Assembly: GCA_044892525.1 (NCBI GenBank)
Contig: CM097887.1
Span: 80,082,397 to 80,146,396 of the forward strand
DNA from: Schmidtea polychroa
Taxonomy: Eukaryota
Reading direction: 5' to 3'
DNA length: 64,000 bases
Below the pieces are notes generated by a model. That model was given only the letters and a program-made list of their open reading frames with translations. It made no database searches and was not told the origin of the DNA. The stretch's first letter is position 1. Each line of letters begins with the position of its first letter. Below, in pieces: positions 58,959-64,000 of the stretch. The translations under genes and the position numbers were made by a program.

Positions 58959-61737
58959 TTAATATACAATATTTATTAATTTAAATGTTTATAAATTTAA
59001 AAGAAATATTTATCGAAAATTTTCATATCCTTTGATATTATGATGTAACTAGGTTGTTCTAAGGCGCAAAGGCCCCTTCATCAAATTTTTACTTTTATCC
59101 GTTTCATAAAATAATTGAATAAAAAGAGTTTTTGTTACTGAATTACTTTTAAACTATTTCTTGTGAACATTCTCGCTTTTCTTACCTTCAAGATTTGATT
59201 AAGTACTGAATGCTGGATTTAAAATTGAAGAATTTAACTTTTCTTTATGATGATTGATATGATGTATGGTGATGATAATGATCTGATGAAAAAATTAACT
59301 TTGTAAATTCAGTTCAAATGGAATTTGTGCAGATACTTACTAAAATTTATTAAATTTTCTTGTAGATTGATTTTTTGAACTTTGTATGTTTGAATAAATT
59401 TTCACATTGAAAAAGTTATTGATATATATGATCACTTTAACCAAGAAAAATTAATATTCTTGTGTATGTCACTTAAGCATGTCACGCAAGTATAATAAAA
59501 TCGGAATAAATGGTCTTCAAAAATGCTCCATTAAAAAATTGTAAAAAATATTGAATTGGGAAAAAATCGTAGTAAACTTTGAACGTTCCAGAATAACAAA
59601 TAAATAAATAAACAGAAAATGTTGAGAAAATATATTATATATTGTTTAATATCAAGCTATTTCCTTTTTATTCTTTAATCGTTTTCTATTTTCCTGATTA
59701 AAGTTTTCCCATCTTTATCCCTCAACATATAGCTACATTCATATATTTGTCTTGCTACTGTGTACGGTTTTTCATACCTATCTTGAATAGTGTGTTTTTG
59801 TTGGAATTGACGTATAAATTTCTTTAGCCAGGAACATTCTTTTACTAATTACTATTAAAAACACAAAGCCTCTTTTTCACAACCGGTGGAGATTTTCCAT
59901 TTTGATTTGATTAAGAATCTCTTTCCCTTTTATTTTTTATTCTTCTGATTCAAACATTATGATTTATGGTACTGCAATAGACACGAGTCATTTTTAATTA
60001 TTTTTAAAAAATATATATTAGAAAATATTACTAACTTCGAGATCATATCAAACTAAAATGTTTTCTTCAGTCATAGAAGTGTGGTAAATATGTTCTTTAA
60101 TAAAAGCTTAAAGTATAGCGCCTTTGTGAAAATCAGGAAAAATTTAGGAAAACTTTCGCAGACTTTATTAAACTGCCGTATTTTCGCTCATATAACGTGC
60201 AGGTGGGTGTAACCAACACTCATATAAACAGCGAATTTTAACTAAACTAGTAAAAATAGTTGATATACTGTAAAATTTGATATGAGGTAAGTTAAATTCA
60301 GTAGAAAAATTTGAAATATACGGCATATAGAAGATAGATGGGGAAATATGCCGGTATAACCTGTGCGTTATATGCGTATAAATATGGTAACATGCTATTT
60401 TTTTTAAATAAACGGATCAAATTATAACTTGCATAGCCACTCCAGATATATTTTCTTCGGGTCAATTTCCATAGCACTACTACTTTATACACGATAAACT
60501 GATATTGAAATGCCAAAAATTCTGACATTGAATTTCAGTTTATTATAGTTATCCTAACTTTGACGCAACCTTTTAGTGTTGCCATATTGGCACTATTAGT
60601 AGGGTGTATTTATTTTAATATTTTCGTTTGCATCTGATTGAATTTTACAAAACTTAGTCTTGCAAGTCTTTGATAGGACATTATTGTCTGTGTGGGGGAC
60701 GGAGGCAATTTAATATGAAAAGAGGATTGTGGTAATTATAATGCCAACAGACCGGTCGTAAGTCGACCACTGACTGTATATAAAACATAGATGGTTCCTT
60801 TAAATTGGTTGATATTTTAAAATTTAGAAAAAGTCTTCGAAATTTTCATATAAGAACCAAAATTAATTGAGAACTTTTTGATTAAACATATTGTTAAGAG
60901 CCGTTTTCTAAGGTTGGTCGATGGACAGAACTGAAAAATTAAACTTCCAAGTTTTTGTTGAACTTTCCTCTCGATATATGAAATCCAGTAGAATATGTTC
61001 TAATAATATATGAAATATTTATATGTCATATCAATTTAAAAATATCAAAACACCACCATCCCCCATCAACTTTACAACCCCCTTGAGTCATCAACATGGT
61101 AAAAGATAAAAAAATTCGTTTTCTATACAACACAGATTTTTGGCTTTGTTTTTAGCAAGTGTAATAATAAAAATAAAGAAAATATTAAAGAAAATATCAA
61201 AAAAACAGTTTATCTAGGTAAAGATGAAATATTTCGTGAAACTGTAGAATTAATTCGATTAGAAATTGGCGAGCCGCAATTGACAACTTTCTAATTAATG
61301 TCGAAGCCTTTTTTACTATTTAAATTACTTTGCATAATTATCTTTATTCTATTTCAATCAGAACGGATGACCAGTCAACCAGAAAATTTCAGTGACCTGC
61401 TCCTATGAGGTAATTATCTCGAGCCTCGGTCATAGACGGGACAGTCGAGCCAGTTTTCCCAAACAATTACCTCTAACTCAATTTGTCAATTTCCTTTTAA
61501 ATTAAATATGGAAACATAATTATATCACAAATAGCTCTATCATAAATTTTGCTCGTTGATTACTGATTCTTCTCCATATTGTTTTCCCAAATCAAAATTA
61601 TTATCGAGTCAATTTATGCGAAACAAATACAAATTTTAAAATCTTTCTTTTCATTATTTACAAGTAAGACAAAGCCAATCGGAGTACCGTGAATTTCGGA
61701 TTTTTAACGTTCATAAAACAACAATTTAAAAAATTTA

Positions 61738-61951
61738 CCGTATTAGCCTTAATATAACGCGACCCCAAATTTAAAAAAAAATACTCATAAAAAAATTAAA
61801 ATTAAGGGAGATTCAATCAGATAAGCGTTTGGTTAGGTAATTAAAAGTCATAAATAGGTTATATTCATGACAATAAATTTAATTAATTTAAACCAAAATT
61901 TAATAAAAATAAAATGTTAAAAATTGTCGCGTTATATTCGGGCTAATACGG
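61738..61951. mobile_element. 214-bp TA-flanked Tc1/pogo-type MITE
   Basis: TIRs CCGTATTAGCCTTAATATAACGCGAC / GTCGCGTTATATTCGGGCTAATACGG; TA TSD. Confidence 0.85.
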
Positions 61952-63602
61952 TATTTCAAAAACAACACTGTTTTTCAATATTATTTAAACACACAATATA
62001 TTTGAGGAGTTTTTTCAGTGTCAAATATTGATATTTTCAGAATGACAGATTTCATTTCTCATAAATTCTAATCACATTAACATAATACATTTTTTATTTT
62101 AAATTTCTAAATATTTAACATTTTATATTATACATTTATTATGGTAAATTAAAAATACTATTTTAGAAATATTTTACATACTTTATTTCTGAAAGTTTAA
62201 CTTAATTTATTTAAGTTTTTCTAATTTAATTTTTAATTAAATATACACCTAATAATTACACACAATTCTAAATTGTTTTTTCTATATCTATTTTTATATC
62301 TATTTCTATATTTTCTATGTAATTGTTACATAATTTTGTATTATTTCAAACACCCCAAAACATTATAAAATTAATTCCTAGTACTCATTCAACACTTATT
62401 TAGCACAATTTAAATTTTCTTCTTCTTTTTCTGATTCTTTTTTTAATTCTTGAGAAATCCTCGGTAAAGAAAACATCCAAGAAAAATGCACTTAGTACTT
62501 TATTAAGAGACCTTCATTTAGATTGAAAAATGAAGAAGTTCCAAAAGAATCTTATGGTGGAATTTGAAAAAAATTATATTTGTTGTGTTAAACTTTCAAA
62601 CGATATTTCGCCTTTCTAGGAAGTCTAAAAAATAGTTTAGATAAATAATGAATACAGATAGGATTAACTGAAATAGTGGTAAGTAAATTAAAAAAATAAC
62701 CACTCTACTAAAGTGTACTATACCGCGTTGCAAAATATAATAATTTTATGGAGTGTGTTGAAAGTATTTACATCCAAAAAAAGTTACTGCTAATTGTTTT
62801 CTTAAAATGTGTTTATCATTTTTAGGTGTGTATTTTATCACTTGTTTATTTTATAGAAATTGCATGCGGTGTTTGTATGTTTCATTAATTATTTCTATCC
62901 TTATTTAAAAGCTATAATAATAAAAAATCTGTAATAAATTGGCAAGTGTAACTGCTAAAAATATTTAATACACATGTGCATTTTGTATGTTTTTTATAAT
63001 TTAATTTATTGTTTATTTTTTATATTATAGGCAGTTTTTATGAATTTCGATGCAGTGTATATAATTGACAAATTTCTTCATAGGGTACAAATAACTTTTC
63101 TTGATTTCATGTGTTCACTTATTCAAGCCAAAACTTATTGAATCACTAGATTAAATACAAGACAGAATTTTGGTAAAAATAAGTTCTTTCGGCTACTTGA
63201 TACTCAAATGATAGTTGCAATTTCATTTTCGCTTTGATAGTCCTATCTATCACTGTCTTATTCCGTTTCTCTGAAACATCATGATAATCAGTGTATTTCA
63301 TTCACTTCTGAATAAGTTTTGATGTTCCAAATAAATTACAATTTGAAACAGCAAATAATTTATAACATAGTTAGAGTGTATAATAATCGTCGGTGCGAAA
63401 TTCGGAAATGATTGTCTATTGAAAGATTGGTTGTCTCAATCTGAGGTATCGTTGAAATAAATCTTCTGATCAACCAAGGAATTTGATTTGTCAGTATTTA
63501 TAATTGATTATAATTATAATTAATTATTCATAACTCTGTAAATAATTTAATAAAAATTTGAATATAAAAATCAAATATAATGTTAGTGAAAATAGTTATT
63601 GA

Positions 63603-63839
63603 CAGTGGCGGAACTTCTAAATTTGGGCTCCCGCGCAATGTAAAATATTTCCACTTAAATTTTTCGGTTAAAGTTTAATACATAGTTATTCACAGCAGCC
63701 GCTATTCAATGATAGTTTTATGTTTGTAGGCAAATATAACTGCGGGAAAAAAGTTTCAGAAAATGATTGTAAATATTTTTTTAGTAATAATTTTGGGTCC
63801 CCGCAACGCAGGGTCCTGCGTCCACTAGTTACGCCACTG
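63603..63839. mobile_element. 237-bp hAT-type MITE
   Basis: TIRs CAGTGGCGGAACT / AGTTACGCCACTG; perfect 8-bp TSD GTTATTGA. Confidence 0.88.
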
Positions 63840-64000
63840 GTTATTGATTAGAATTTTACTTTATTGTAGATACAATTATTCTCGGATTATATTTCCTGTT
63901 TTCTCGTTTCAGTTCAAACGAATTAATTACTTATAAATTATTAATTTCTCCATTCATTGGTCTATTTTCTCTGTTACCGTTTTGTACTAACCAATAATTG

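Noticed and set aside
1554-60528. Numerous 60-110-aa ORFs antisense to real genes or in AT-rich spacers
   Set aside because: F/I/L/K-biased low-complexity translations with no motifs; expected by chance.

Overview
AT-rich eukaryotic (invertebrate-animal-like) genomic DNA with 45-60 nt introns and dense transposon debris. The centrepiece is a near-complete 14,294-bp integrated Polinton/Maverick (adintovirus-type) genome at 27216-41509 (5'-AGTAGT...ACTACT-3', perfect 6-bp TSD ATTGTT). It encodes a protein-primed PolB, a membrane protein, a fibre-like protein, penton, adenain-like protease, two core-like proteins, a packaging ATPase, a zinc-finger/PLA2/integrase fusion and the major capsid. Its non-coding parts are unusual: each terminus is a self-contained fold-back with end-specific co-varying bases, a 10-mer array lies upstream of PolB, there are two tandem Pol III-type (A box/B box/oligo-T) units reminiscent of adenoviral VA RNAs, and a hairpin cluster sits next to the right end. 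Host genes: aph-1 (5 exons), an intronless RING protein, a secreted-type lectin-domain + M60 metallopeptidase (6 exons) and an NMP kinase. Also present: a 5.8-kb hAT with ~1.7-kb inverted arms, decayed hATs, a full-length Tigger, several MITEs with TSDs, an orphan 28S fragment, a probable relic of a second Polinton PolB and a candidate minimal hammerhead ribozyme. All family assignments come from motif recognition by eye; no searches were run.
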